A DNA stretch of 64,000 nucleotides, taken from NCBI GenBank assembly GCA_030835135.1, contig JAUQWO010000070.1, positions 23,548 to 87,547 on the forward strand. The letters run 5' to 3'. Positions within the stretch are counted from its first letter, which is position 1. Each line of letters opens with the position of its first letter. The stretch is from Bacteroidota bacterium (GTDB lineage: Bacteria > Bacteroidota > Ignavibacteria > UBA10030 > UBA6906). Made by a program: the position numbers and the translations under genes. Below are positions 8,333-18,771 of the stretch, one piece after another. The notes beneath the pieces are model-generated. The model ran no database searches. It was given only the letters and a program-made list of their open reading frames with translations, and was not told the origin of the DNA.

Positions 8333-9283
8333 ATGGCAGAGAAGAGGATTATTGCGGTCATAGGCGCGACCGGCGCTCAGGGAGGCGGACTTGCCCGCGC
8401 CATTCTCGCTGATCCGAAGGGAGGGTTCGCAGTCAGGGCGATCACGCGAGACGTCAACTCCGAAAAGGCACAGGCGCTGAAGCGTCTTGGGGCCGAAGTG
8501 GTCGCCGCAGATGTCAAAGACGTCGAAAGCATCAAGCGGGCATTCACTGGTGCGTACGGGGCTTTCTGCGTGACGTTCTTCTGGGAGGATTTTTCCGCGG
8601 AGAACGAGAAGGCTCAGGCGATCAATATGGCCCGCGCTGCGAAGGAAGCCGGAGTGCAGCACGCGATCTGGTCGACGTTCGAGGACACGCGCAAGTACAT
8701 CCCCCTGAGCGACAATCGCATGCCGACATTGCAGGGGAAATACAAGGTGGCGCATTTCGATGCAAAGAGCGAAGCGGATCAGACGTTCAAGGACCTGGGC
8801 GTTCCGACCACTTTCCTTCTGACTTCGTTCTACTGGGAGAATCTCATCTACTTCGGCGCGGGCCCGCAGAAGGGATCCGACGGCAAGCTTGCCCTCACGT
8901 ATCCGATGGGACAACAGAAGCTTCCTGGTATCGCCTCCGAAGACATCGGCAAGTGCGTGTATGGGATCTTCAAGAAGGGACGCGAATTCATCGGCAAGAC
9001 GGTGGGCGTTGCCGGTGAGCACCTGACAGGAACAGAAATGGCCGCCGCGCTCTCCAAAGCTCTCGGGCAGGAGGTGCGCTATAACGATGTCCCTCCGGAC
9101 GTATATAGGGGCTTCGGCTTCCCCGGCGCCGACGACATGGGCAATATGTTCCAGTTCAAGCGCGACTTCGAGGACGTCTACACCGGTGCGCGCAGCATCG
9201 AAATCTCCCGGTCTCTCAACCCGGAATTGCAGTCATTTGGATATTGGCTCTCGAAGAACGCGAACCGCATTCCGATACAATGA
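8333..9283 (+). CDS. NmrA/HSCARG family NAD(P)-binding protein
   Basis: VIGATGAQGG Rossmann motif, HFDAK, TSFYWEN; AAGGAG RBS. Confidence 0.92.
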   Translation: MAEKRIIAVIGATGAQGGGLARAILADPKGGFAVRAITRDVNSEKAQALKRLGAEVVAADVKDVESIKRAFTGAYGAFCVTFFWEDFSAENEKAQAINMARAAKEAGVQHAIWSTFEDTRKYIPLSDNRMPTLQGKYKVAHFDAKSEADQTFKDLGVPTTFLLTSFYWENLIYFGAGPQKGSDGKLALTYPMGQQKLPGIASEDIGKCVYGIFKKGREFIGKTVGVAGEHLTGTEMAAALSKALGQEVRYNDVPPDVYRGFGFPGADDMGNMFQFKRDFEDVYTGARSIEISRSLNPELQSFGYWLSKNANRIPIQ

Positions 9284-9398
9284 GTGCAAGACGACCACCG
9301 GCCAGATCTTCCGGCGGACGCAAGAGTACCATGCTGGCACGGCGGTCACGTATTCGCGCCCGGACCGTAGTCTGAAAGCCACAAAGCAATTCAACCAG

Positions 9399-9421
9399 GA
9401 GCCCGAGCATGCCTCGGGCTC
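9399..9421. terminator. hairpin between convergent genes
   Basis: Perfect 9-bp stem GAGCCCGAG/CTCGGGCTC, 5-nt loop, followed by TTGTGCTT. Confidence 0.55.
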
Positions 9422-9573
9422 TTGTGCTTCGTAAGCACCCACGTGGCCCGCATCCGCCCCTGACCCCGAGAACCCCGAACGTACCCTATGCGCCCCCTGA
9501 ATCCCTTCCCGAAGACTCTTCTGACCTCGTGAGACACCGCTTCCATCTCCCCATCCTGGAGACGTGATACCTG

Positions 9574-10554
9574 TTACCGGGTGAATTCATGTAGCAATCG
9601 AAGATAGATACGGTAATTCTCCAACGAGACGCCGGGAGGTGTCTGGTGATCGACACTCGGGATGAACCCGCCGGACTTCATCAGGGGCAGGAGCCGCTCG
9701 AACTCCGCCCTCATGGCCTCTTCACCGTGGGGCATGACCATCTTGTCGTAATGGCCGATCATCCTCAGGTCGGGAAACTGAGCGCGCAGAGACATCCCAT
9801 CGACGCCAGCCTGCCGTTCCAGCGGCAGCACGCCCTCGATCCCATTGTCCAGGAGCCATGGGACGAGGAGCGTCACATCGCCGTCCGTGTCCACGATGGT
9901 GAGCATCTCCATCTCCTTCGCCCGTGCCAGCAGTTGCTTGTAGTAGGGCGACATGAATTCGTTCATCACCCCCCTGCCGATCATGGGTCCGTTGTTATAC
10001 GACATATCCTCGGCGATCGTCATGAATGTCGGACGGCCGATCCTCTCGATCCGATCCAGGATGGCCAGGTTAAAGTCCAGCAGATCCTGGTTCATCCGGT
10101 GCAGCAGTTCCGGCTGATCGTAAAAGGTCAACATCAGTTTGGAGAAACCCATCAATGTACGGGGAAACCAGAAGAAGCCCTCGAGTGTGATCCAGATGAT
10201 GGCTTCGCCGCTTGTCTGCCGTGCCAGCCACGGCGTCATTCCCAGGATCGCGTCGCCATGGTCGGGAAACAGATACGAACGATGCGCCAGATAGTCGTCC
10301 ATGGTGGAGACCATTCCCTCAACGTGGTGCTGTTCCGCCTCGATCGTCGCATCCGTCGTGCTGAACCAGAACTGCTTGTAGGGGTCGAGGCCGAAATAGT
10401 CGTGGACCTCGAACACGCCTGTCTGTGCGGCAGACAGTCCTTCGGTATGCCAGCGATCGATCGTTTTATCCCACCACATGGCCCATTCCCAGCGCGGTAA
10501 CCTGTCGACTGGTTGGAAGTTCATAACGGCGCGAAACCGTTCAACGTGATTCAT
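9574..10554 (-). CDS. uroporphyrinogen decarboxylase (URO-D/MtaA) superfamily protein
   Basis: ERFRAVMNFQPVDRLP start, AEDMSYNNGPMI, DTDGDV, GGFIPSVDHQTPPGVSLENY. Start reassigned to ATG 10554. Confidence 0.85.
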   Translation of the reverse strand: MNHVERFRAVMNFQPVDRLPRWEWAMWWDKTIDRWHTEGLSAAQTGVFEVHDYFGLDPYKQFWFSTTDATIEAEQHHVEGMVSTMDDYLAHRSYLFPDHGDAILGMTPWLARQTSGEAIIWITLEGFFWFPRTLMGFSKLMLTFYDQPELLHRMNQDLLDFNLAILDRIERIGRPTFMTIAEDMSYNNGPMIGRGVMNEFMSPYYKQLLARAKEMEMLTIVDTDGDVTLLVPWLLDNGIEGVLPLERQAGVDGMSLRAQFPDLRMIGHYDKMVMPHGEEAMRAEFERLLPLMKSGGFIPSVDHQTPPGVSLENYRIYLRLLHEFTR

Positions 10555-10693
10555 CTCTTCAGGCATACGTGCATTTCCTATCATCCATCGTTGATTGTGT
10601 CGGTCGCGGGAAGGGTGGAAGCGGTCGCAGGACACCTGGTACTGAGTCAGGTCGCCGGAAGCCACACCACATCAGCGGCCGGCCGCAGCAGCA

Positions 10694-12082
10694 TCACTTC
10701 ACCAAAGCCAGCCGGTGGGTCGCCACGGCACCGGCCGACCCGAGCCGACAGATGTAGATACCGCTCGCAAGATTCGTCCCGTCGAAGCGCACGGTGTGCA
10801 CCCCCGCACGGTGGTAGCCGTCGACCGGTGTTGCCACAAGACGGCCAAGGAGATCGAAGACCCGCAGCGTTGCCGGGCCCTCGCCGCGAAGCGTATAGTG
10901 CAGCGTCGTCGACGGGTTGAACGGATTCGGATAGCTTCCGAGATGGATCGCGGTGGGGAGGCTGGCAGATCCTGCGATCGCGACACCGGTCACGAACTTC
11001 TCTTTCAATGCCATGATGCGCGCGTACGATGCGTCGATGCGCGCAGCAGCGATGCTCCCATCCTGCACACGCCGTTCGAGCACATCCACGATCCGCCGGG
11101 CGAGCGAATGCCCCGCACTGTCGAGGTTCGTGGTGTACAGGAGTATATCCACCCCCGCATTCACGGCAAGCACCATCGCCTCATCGAGTCCGTAGTGGGA
11201 CGCGATGGCCTTCATCCCCATCGCATCACTCATCACCACCCCGCCGAACCCGAGCTGGTTCCGGAGCATCCCCGTGATCGTCGCATGCGAGAGCGTCGCA
11301 GGATAGACGGAGTCGATCATGCTGTTGAACAAATGACCCGTCATGATCACATCCGGCTTCCCCTCCGCGATGAGCGTTCTGTACGGATCGAGCTCGGAGG
11401 CACTCCACGTCGTCGTGATGTCTGTGAAGCCGAGATGCGAATCCGCTTGCGCGCTCCCGTGTCCGGGAAAGTGCTTGAGTGCGGTCAGGACGTGCCGCGC
11501 ATGGAACTCATCGATGAACCAGGATGCATGCCGGGCCACAGTGGCGGCATCCGCGGAAAAGCTCCGCTTCAGCGCTCCGATCGCAGGACTCGCCGGATTG
11601 ACATTCACATCGACGACCGGCGCAAGGTTCATCGTCAGCCCGGTCTGGACGAACCAGTCCGCCATCATGGATGCCATGCTGCGTGTGGAGCTTTCCTGGT
11701 TCAGGACCGTACCCAGATCGTAGGCCGTGGAGGTTGCGGCAAAACCGTTGGATGCGCTGAGCCGGGCCACCTTCCCTCCTTCCTGATCGATGGCAAGAAG
11801 GAGCGGGACGTGGGCGAGAGCCTGAAGTTGACCCGTGAAGCGAGCAATGCCCGCCGGACTCGCAAGGTTACCGCTCCAAACGAACATGACCACACCGCCG
11901 ACCTGCCGGTTCGCGAGGTCGTTTTTCAGAGTGTCCATCGAAGGACTCCGCTCTTCCAACGAGTCGCCGGTGACGGTGATCATCACCATCTGACCCAGTT
12001 TTTCCCTCAGCGTGACCCCGGCATCGGCGATCGCAGCGACAGACAGCAAGCAAACAATAAGCCAACAGGCACGACTTCTCAT
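10694..12082 (-). CDS. secreted single-domain GH3 beta-N-acetylhexosaminidase (NagZ-type) with T9SS CTD
   Basis: Signal peptide; IDQEGG, KHFPGHGSAQADSH (NagZ Asp-His dyad), MSDAMGM; C-terminal SYPNPFNPST...GIY CTD. Start reassigned to ATG 12082. Confidence 0.9.
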   Translation of the reverse strand: MRSRACWLIVCLLSVAAIADAGVTLREKLGQMVMITVTGDSLEERSPSMDTLKNDLANRQVGGVVMFVWSGNLASPAGIARFTGQLQALAHVPLLLAIDQEGGKVARLSASNGFAATSTAYDLGTVLNQESSTRSMASMMADWFVQTGLTMNLAPVVDVNVNPASPAIGALKRSFSADAATVARHASWFIDEFHARHVLTALKHFPGHGSAQADSHLGFTDITTTWSASELDPYRTLIAEGKPDVIMTGHLFNSMIDSVYPATLSHATITGMLRNQLGFGGVVMSDAMGMKAIASHYGLDEAMVLAVNAGVDILLYTTNLDSAGHSLARRIVDVLERRVQDGSIAAARIDASYARIMALKEKFVTGVAIAGSASLPTAIHLGSYPNPFNPSTTLHYTLRGEGPATLRVFDLLGRLVATPVDGYHRAGVHTVRFDGTNLASGIYICRLGSAGAVATHRLALVK

Positions 12083-12297
12083 AGAAGAGCATCCTCTGGT
12101 TCTCTGACTCTCGACACCACTCACGATCGCTGTCATGCACCCTATCACACCGCGGCCCACCACGTGTTGTGTTCCCACCCGTGGTCCTGAACGTCTCCGA
12201 GGAGTCACCCTGGGTCAAAAAAGGAAGAAGCCTCCCATCCTTGCGTGCGGAACAGGAGGTATTTTCGCCGTATCGTTTCCCCTGAAGGTCGAAGGTA

Positions 12298-12326
12298 AAG
12301 ATAGGGGTCAAGGGCCGGATTGTCAA
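12298..12326 (-). promoter_or_regulatory. sigma70-type promoter TTGACA-N17-TATCTT upstream of the GH3 gene
   Basis: Minus strand TTGACA 12326-12321, 17-nt spacer, TATCTT 12303-12298. Confidence 0.6.
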
Positions 12327-12523
12327 CGAGGCGAGGGCCTCCCGCAGATGGCTGTGACGTTTCACGAACTGAAGTGTCACGAACATGCCCGCCCCGTTGA
12401 TTCTCCCTTCCATCCACTGTATCTTCACCAGTGTATCAGGGGTTCCTTCCATATCTGTTCTGAGTGCCCCCCGTTCCCATGGTGACATGGTTCGAGGGGC
12501 TGCACTTTGCGGAGATCGTTCTT

Positions 12524-15500
12524 ATGACGGTACGGCCCTCCCTCCTCGCCATCTCCTTCCTCCTTCTCGCCCTGGCGATCGCTTGCGCGCCTGCGCAACG
12601 CACCCACCCCCGCCTCATGGCGGATCAGGCGGAGATCGACACAGCAAAACACTGGATCAGGAACCATGCCTGGTACCGCCAGCTCTTCGACGAACACAGG
12701 AAAGAGATCGACCGGTTCATCGCGCGGGGGCCCGTCTACGTCTCGCCGCTGAAGCAGACCTACGAATACCAGATGTATATCTGTCCGAAGCATCGGGTGG
12801 AACTCCTCTTCGATGAGTCCCAACCGTTCGCGCATCAGTGTCCGAAGGACAGCCAGGAGGTGTTCGCCGGCGGAAAATACGACATGGCATGGGCCGGCTG
12901 GTACAACCGCGTCCTCGCGAACCGGCTGGTGTGGATGGGACTTCTCTACGCGGTCGATGGCAACGAACGGTACGCCAGAGCCGGACGGGAGATCCTGATG
13001 AAGTTCGCCCGTCTCTATCTCACGTATCCGACCGGCAATACCATCCTCGGCCCTGCCCACGTGTTCTTCGGGACCCTCTCCGAATCCTTCTGGGGGGTGG
13101 ACATGGCGTACGGGTATGATCTCCTGTACAACTATCCCGGGTTCAGCGCAGAAGACCATCGCATCCTCAAAGACAGTCTCTTCTATCCGCTCGCCCGCAT
13201 CACCCAGCTCTTTCCCGAATCGGCATCGAACAGGCAACTCTGGTACAACAACGTCTCGGCCGCGGTGGGATTCCTGTACGACGATCAGGAGCTGATCGAC
13301 TTCGCCCTGCGCGGCACGTACGGGTTCGACTGGCAACTGGGCTCCGCGCTTCCCGAAAGCGGCTTCTGGGCAGAATGGTCCGGCTACCACTTCGTTGCGC
13401 TGCGGGGGATGATCCACCTCGCGGAGATGGCACGGCACAACGGCATCGATCTCTATCATAAGGAGATCGCCGGGAGGACGATGAAGAAGATGTTCGACGC
13501 TCCTCTCCTTCTGGCACAGCCCAACTATGAGTTTCCCCTGAGCAAGGACAGCGGTGGTGGCAGCATCCTGGAGTATGCGCCGTACTATGAGGTCGGGTAC
13601 GCCGTGTACCGAGACCCGAAGTACCTCAGCATCATGCACCTCAGTCACCTCGACCGGGGATCGCAACTCGTCGGTGAGACCTCTGCCCTGGGACGGGCAC
13701 CGGAACCGATCGCATTGTTCACGCTCGTCCCCGACCTCCCCCCGGCAACCACTCCGGGCATCTCTGAAGAAAGCGTCGATCTGGCCGGGAACGGATTTGC
13801 CGTGCTCCGGAACAAGAACGATCGATCCTACCTGTACCTTGACTACGGGATCATGGGCGGTGAGCACGGCCATCCCGACCGCCTGCAGATCGGGTACTAT
13901 GCAACGGACCGAAACTGGATCGTGGATCCGCTGAACGAGTCGTACCAGAACCCGAACCTCCAGCTCTGGTACCGGCAGTCCATCGCGCACAACACCCTCG
14001 TCGTCGACCAGACCTCCCAGACATGGACCAATGGCTATGGCAGGTTCTTCGGCACATTGCCCGGCCTCCAGGTCGCATCAGGCGGCACCACCACTGCGTA
14101 TCCGGGGGTGACACTCACGCGAACGATCGTGCAACCCGCGGAGTATTTCATCGACCTCTTCGATGCGCAGGCACCGGAGCACCATATCTACGATCTCCCG
14201 CTCCACAGCTTCGGCGCGCTCACGGTCCGTGGTGTGGATCTGGAACCGCAACCGGCCGACCTCTTCGGCACGCGGCCGGGGATCCCTGGCTACGATCAGC
14301 TCACCGCGATGTCCCTCGGGCAGACGGACAGCGACTGGCACGCTGTGTTCGTCGACAAGGGACAGTCGCTGTCCATCACCATGCTCGGCGAACCCGGAAC
14401 CGGGGTCCTGCAGGCAATGACGCCGCCCATCGGCGGCTTCTATAAACAAATGGTCAAGGAGCAGGTCCCGCTGCCGATGGTCATGAGCCGTCGCGTGACC
14501 GCCGCGACGCGCTTCGCGAGCCTGATCTCTGCCTCTCCGGGAGCACCGCGTGACCTCCAGTTCCGCAAGGGTGAGAAGGCGGGCGAGTATGAGGTGCGAT
14601 CCGGTGACACACTGGACCTCCTGTCCATCGACACAGATCATTCCATCTACTCGATGACGCGCAGAGAACACGGGAGACTCTCACGGATCGCTGGCTTCAA
14701 TGTCCAGGAGGTTCGCGACGCTTCCGGAGTGCTCCTTTCGCTCCCCTCCCCCCTCCGACAGATCCAATGCACCTGGAGCCCATCGGCGCTTGATCTGCTC
14801 GCGCCCCGGGGATTCACTCGCGCGGAGATCCGTTCCCCGGACGTGGCAAGGGTGACGCTCAACGGCTCCCCCGTGGCATTCCAGAGGCGCGGAGAGTTCA
14901 TCGTGGTCACACGATCGGAACACATCGCGATGGCAGTTTCGTCCGCACAAGACAGCACACTGTTCGCAGGGCGGAGGAACCGCGTGCACGTGACGATCGC
15001 CAATCCAACACCGGCCCCTATCCGGGGAAAGGTGGTCATCCGACTCGCCGCCGATTGGCAGGAACGCATGGAGAGTCAGCTTGGGTGGTGGGGTGGGATC
15101 GTGAATCTCCGGGCGACAAACAAAGTACCCGTCGAACGCCTGACATTCCCTGCGGTGTTTCGCCGGACCGCAGAGTGGATCGACGGCATGGCATCGGAGA
15201 CCCTGAGCGTCAGCGCAGGAGGCACCGAGTCACTTACTTTTGATATTTATGTGCCTGGCGATGTTGCACCGGCCATCTACCCCGGGATCGTTGCCTTCAA
15301 TGCCGATACCATCAGGACCTCTTTCGTCGTCAAGCCGCCGGTCAGAGCACACCTCAGCCTCCCCAATGGTGACAGGGAGATCCTGCGCATCGAGCTTCGT
15401 AACAACACCAACGAGCGTATGACCGTGCGAGCCGGGATCAACCCGGATCCGTCCTGGAAGTCCGGCGGGGATCTCCGGCATGACGTTCGGCTGAAACCGT

Positions 15501-16315
15501 TCGAGACAAAGCGCATCACCATACCACTCCGCCTCGCGGGGTACACGAGCGAGAATCAATGCTACCCCATCAGGATGGACCTGGAGACCGGTGGCTACAG
15601 GGAGTCACTCGTGCGCGACTTCTTCGTGAGCACCGCACACTTCGCACCGGTTCCGCCGGCTCTCGATGGTTCATGGAAGGGATGGAACAGGCAGCATCCG
15701 GTCACGATCGACCGGGCATCGCAGATCGGCAGACTCCTCTTCGGGAATCAGCCATGGACGGGTGGCGGGGATCTTTCGGCCGAGGTCTACGCGATGTATG
15801 ATGCCGGATATATTTACGTGGGTGCAGCCGTACGTGATGACAGCCTTGTCACACACTGGGATTTTCCGCGGATGAGTTACCCCTGGGACACTGATTGTAT
15901 GGAGGTGGTGCTGGACGTTCGCACGAACTCTGCGCAGGGGAGCGATCCCCCCACCCCGGGGCTCTTCCGGCACCTATCGATGGCGGAATACCGAAGGACC
16001 GAATTCCCCCCGGAGCTGTGGCAGGGCGGTGGCGCAGGTGGGCCCCTTCTGCCGAAACCGAATCTCATCCCCGGCGCAGAGACCTACTTCCATCGCACGG
16101 CCGATGGATACACGATGATCGGCCGGTATCCGATCAGCAGTCTGAATGGATTTCCGGTCCGGCCGGGATCGAGGATCGGCTTTGATTGTGCGGTCAGCGA
16201 CAACGACGGAACGAACTACCGTAGGAACGTACACATCTGGGCCGGCTACACACAGAACCAATCGTGGTGGGACATGGGCACGATTGGCGTGATGGTGTTC
16301 GGGTCTGCGAAATGA
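12524..16315 (+). CDS. multidomain heparinase II/III / alginate-lyase-like protein with Ig-like and C-terminal CBM9/DOMON-like domains
   Basis: Signal peptide after GGAG RBS (ATG 12524); toroid region with SNRQLW and EWSGYH; HGHPDRL and HNTLVVD heparinase II/III motifs; C-terminal DLSAEVYAMYD..YIYVGA.VRDD and IGFD..VSDNDG. Confidence 0.8.
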   Translation: MTVRPSLLAISFLLLALAIACAPAQRTHPRLMADQAEIDTAKHWIRNHAWYRQLFDEHRKEIDRFIARGPVYVSPLKQTYEYQMYICPKHRVELLFDESQPFAHQCPKDSQEVFAGGKYDMAWAGWYNRVLANRLVWMGLLYAVDGNERYARAGREILMKFARLYLTYPTGNTILGPAHVFFGTLSESFWGVDMAYGYDLLYNYPGFSAEDHRILKDSLFYPLARITQLFPESASNRQLWYNNVSAAVGFLYDDQELIDFALRGTYGFDWQLGSALPESGFWAEWSGYHFVALRGMIHLAEMARHNGIDLYHKEIAGRTMKKMFDAPLLLAQPNYEFPLSKDSGGGSILEYAPYYEVGYAVYRDPKYLSIMHLSHLDRGSQLVGETSALGRAPEPIALFTLVPDLPPATTPGISEESVDLAGNGFAVLRNKNDRSYLYLDYGIMGGEHGHPDRLQIGYYATDRNWIVDPLNESYQNPNLQLWYRQSIAHNTLVVDQTSQTWTNGYGRFFGTLPGLQVASGGTTTAYPGVTLTRTIVQPAEYFIDLFDAQAPEHHIYDLPLHSFGALTVRGVDLEPQPADLFGTRPGIPGYDQLTAMSLGQTDSDWHAVFVDKGQSLSITMLGEPGTGVLQAMTPPIGGFYKQMVKEQVPLPMVMSRRVTAATRFASLISASPGAPRDLQFRKGEKAGEYEVRSGDTLDLLSIDTDHSIYSMTRREHGRLSRIAGFNVQEVRDASGVLLSLPSPLRQIQCTWSPSALDLLAPRGFTRAEIRSPDVARVTLNGSPVAFQRRGEFIVVTRSEHIAMAVSSAQDSTLFAGRRNRVHVTIANPTPAPIRGKVVIRLAADWQERMESQLGWWGGIVNLRATNKVPVERLTFPAVFRRTAEWIDGMASETLSVSAGGTESLTFDIYVPGDVAPAIYPGIVAFNADTIRTSFVVKPPVRAHLSLPNGDREILRIELRNNTNERMTVRAGINPDPSWKSGGDLRHDVRLKPFETKRITIPLRLAGYTSENQCYPIRMDLETGGYRESLVRDFFVSTAHFAPVPPALDGSWKGWNRQHPVTIDRASQIGRLLFGNQPWTGGGDLSAEVYAMYDAGYIYVGAAVRDDSLVTHWDFPRMSYPWDTDCMEVVLDVRTNSAQGSDPPTPGLFRHLSMAEYRRTEFPPELWQGGGAGGPLLPKPNLIPGAETYFHRTADGYTMIGRYPISSLNGFPVRPGSRIGFDCAVSDNDGTNYRRNVHIWAGYTQNQSWWDMGTIGVMVFGSAK

Positions 16316-16437
16316 CCGGCATCGGATCCTCCAGAGGGTAATCAATGATCGGTGGTCCAGGGAAGACAGAGCTCCCCTCGAGTGGGCAGCGCCACTGCTC
16401 CGGTGCTGATGGTTGGTCTGATAGCTGGGCCGGGCGA

Positions 16438-18714
16438 TCAAAACATGAGTTGTAGCCCGAGAGAGAATGTCCGCGGCCGGGCCGGACCGTATATGTAGTT
16501 CGAATCCCGGTACGGACCGGTGTCGAAGTCGGCCTGGTACACGTCGAAGACATTCTGGACCGCAGCAGACACCTGCCACCGGCCCGGGATCCCCCCGGCT
16601 GCGAACATGTATGAGACCTTCGCACCGAACTCCAGCATCGGTGGCGTGCGCACGAGGACGTCCGCCGGCACACCGGGCGCCCCGGCCAGATGCGGAACGA
16701 TCATCGGCCCCGTGAACAACCCGTTCAACGACACCGTGAACCGGTCGTCGGGCCGGAGGTCCAGCACCCCGAACCCGTACACATCCGGTGTCCTGAGGAA
16801 CCGCACGCTTCCCGGTACCGTATCGGACCAGCGGACCGACCGATCGTAGACGCTCCGCTGGAGAGTTGCTCCGGCGGTGACCTCGAGGACATCGTCGACA
16901 TTCGCGCGGACCTCCACCGAGGCGCCTGCCACCGTCGCTCTCCCGCCATTCCGCCGGATCAGGATCGCATTCGCGGGATCATCAGGATCCGCCCCGCCAT
17001 CCTCCAGGATGAACGCATCGTTCAGCACGGTGTGAAACCCCTCGAGCGTGAAGCCCCAGATCATATGCGCCGAAGGAAGATTGAAGTCGAGCGATGTACT
17101 CAGGCTGCGGGAACTCTCTTCCCTGAGGGCCGGGTCGATCCGGACCATCGAGATGCCTCCTCCGGCAAAGGCGATGTGAAGGTCGGCGTCGAACGCCTGG
17201 GGGGCACGGAACCCGGTGGAGTACGAACCCCGCCATTGCAGGAAGCGCGTGAGGTTGTACATGATGTTCACCCGTGGATGGACGAGGATCCGGTCCAGAA
17301 GTCCGTGGCGGTCTCCCCGGAGACCGAACAGGATGGTCCAGTGCTCATCCATCTTCCAGTCCGTCTGGAGGAGCATCCCGATCTGCTGCGTCGCCTGCAC
17401 GAGCTCGTGCCGGTATCCCGGGATCCTGTCCGCGATGTCATCATACTGCCCTTCGAGACCCACGGTGATCGTATTCTCTCCCCATCCGAGAAACCCCTGG
17501 TGCGACCTGCTGAATTGTGCGCCGTACACCAACGTGAGGTTCTCCGTTGTCCCGTAGGCATCGGCATGGCCCACGCCCGTATAGTGCTTGCGTCCGGTGT
17601 GGAGTCCCGAGACATAGGCTGAGACAGTGCTCAGCAACGACGGGATCGTGTGCACCAGCGTGATCCCGCCCCCCAGGACAGTGTGGGTCCGCTGTTCTGC
17701 CTGGTCCGCTTTGTGAGGCGGCATGTCGAGAGCGTTCCCGCCCCGGCGCTCTTCCTGCAGACTCTGCGCATCAAGGGTCAGGCGTGTCTGTTCCCCGAGT
17801 TTCAGGAACGAGGTCAACCCGAAGGAGTTGTTGCTGATCTCCGGTGCCTCGGTGAACCCATCCCCGTTCGCATCGAATCCGCCGCGCTTTCTGAACGTGC
17901 CGAAGACGGTCATGCCGTTCCTCTGGTCCGGATCCACCATCGACGTATTGAGCGATAGCGACCTGTCCGGCGTCCCCCCGCCGATCCAGCCATTGTCGAA
18001 GCCGATGACGGACGAGTTCACCCGCGGCTCACGCGTGATGATGTTGATCGTGCCGCCGATCGCACTGGCGCCGTAGAGTGCGGAGGCCCCGCCCCGGATG
18101 ACCTCGATCCGCTCCACCATGCCGGTCGGGATCTGTTCGAGACCGTACAATCCGCTCAGCGCGCTGAAGACCGGCCTGCCGTTGATCAGGACCTGAGAAT
18201 ATGAGCCGCCCAGCCCGTTGAGGCGAACCTGCGAGTAGTTGCATGTCTGGCAATCGATCTCGACCCTGACGCCGCTCTGGTACCCGAGACCGTCCAGGAG
18301 GCTTCTGGCATTCGTCGAGACCAGCGTGCCCGCATCGAGAACACTGACCATGACGGGGACCTCCGTGCGGACCTTCTCTGTCCGCGTCCCCGTCACGACG
18401 ATCGGACCGTATTCGATCGCCTCGGGATCCAGCACGATCTCAATGAACAACGGGTCGGCGCCGACCGTCAGGTCGCGTGCGAAGTTCGCGTAGCCGATGT
18501 ACCCCGCACGGAGTCTCACCGATCCGGATGGGATCCCCTGCAGCATGAACATCCCTGCCGTGTCCGTCACTGTCCCGATGAGCGTCCCTTCCAGATGGAT
18601 ATTTGCCCCGATGATCCGTTCGCCGCTCCGTGCGTCCCGGACCCGTCCGCTCAGGGTCGATGCTTCCAGTGAGACCGCGGAACACACCAGCAAGGCAACT
18701 GCGAGACCACGCAT
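16438..18714 (-). CDS. TonB-dependent outer-membrane receptor (CxxC-plug family), putative metal importer
   Basis: Signal peptide, CarboxypepD-like N-domain, VVTGTRT, plug CQTCNYSQVRLNGL and ERIEVIRGGASALYG, C-terminal YGP..PRTFSLGLQLMF. Start reassigned to ATG 18714 (GGAGG RBS). Confidence 0.92.
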   Translation of the reverse strand: MRGLAVALLVCSAVSLEASTLSGRVRDARSGERIIGANIHLEGTLIGTVTDTAGMFMLQGIPSGSVRLRAGYIGYANFARDLTVGADPLFIEIVLDPEAIEYGPIVVTGTRTEKVRTEVPVMVSVLDAGTLVSTNARSLLDGLGYQSGVRVEIDCQTCNYSQVRLNGLGGSYSQVLINGRPVFSALSGLYGLEQIPTGMVERIEVIRGGASALYGASAIGGTINIITREPRVNSSVIGFDNGWIGGGTPDRSLSLNTSMVDPDQRNGMTVFGTFRKRGGFDANGDGFTEAPEISNNSFGLTSFLKLGEQTRLTLDAQSLQEERRGGNALDMPPHKADQAEQRTHTVLGGGITLVHTIPSLLSTVSAYVSGLHTGRKHYTGVGHADAYGTTENLTLVYGAQFSRSHQGFLGWGENTITVGLEGQYDDIADRIPGYRHELVQATQQIGMLLQTDWKMDEHWTILFGLRGDRHGLLDRILVHPRVNIMYNLTRFLQWRGSYSTGFRAPQAFDADLHIAFAGGGISMVRIDPALREESSRSLSTSLDFNLPSAHMIWGFTLEGFHTVLNDAFILEDGGADPDDPANAILIRRNGGRATVAGASVEVRANVDDVLEVTAGATLQRSVYDRSVRWSDTVPGSVRFLRTPDVYGFGVLDLRPDDRFTVSLNGLFTGPMIVPHLAGAPGVPADVLVRTPPMLEFGAKVSYMFAAGGIPGRWQVSAAVQNVFDVYQADFDTGPYRDSNYIYGPARPRTFSLGLQLMF

Positions 18715-18771
18715 ACGCCTCCTCCTCTTCTTCTTCCCGTGCAGGATGAACCTTTGCTTCTCTCTCCGTGT

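Noticed and set aside
12425-13990. Long antisense ORFs (also 426-1367, 10715-12190, 28973-30454, 32970-34823, 49538-51499, 53429-54841, 39669-41012)
   Set aside because: Each mirrors a motif-rich gene on the opposite strand; stop-poor shadow frames are expected with high GC3, and their translations have no family motifs.
16498-16508. tRNA T-loop-like GTTCGAATCCC
   Set aside because: Lies inside the TonB receptor CDS with no cloverleaf around it.
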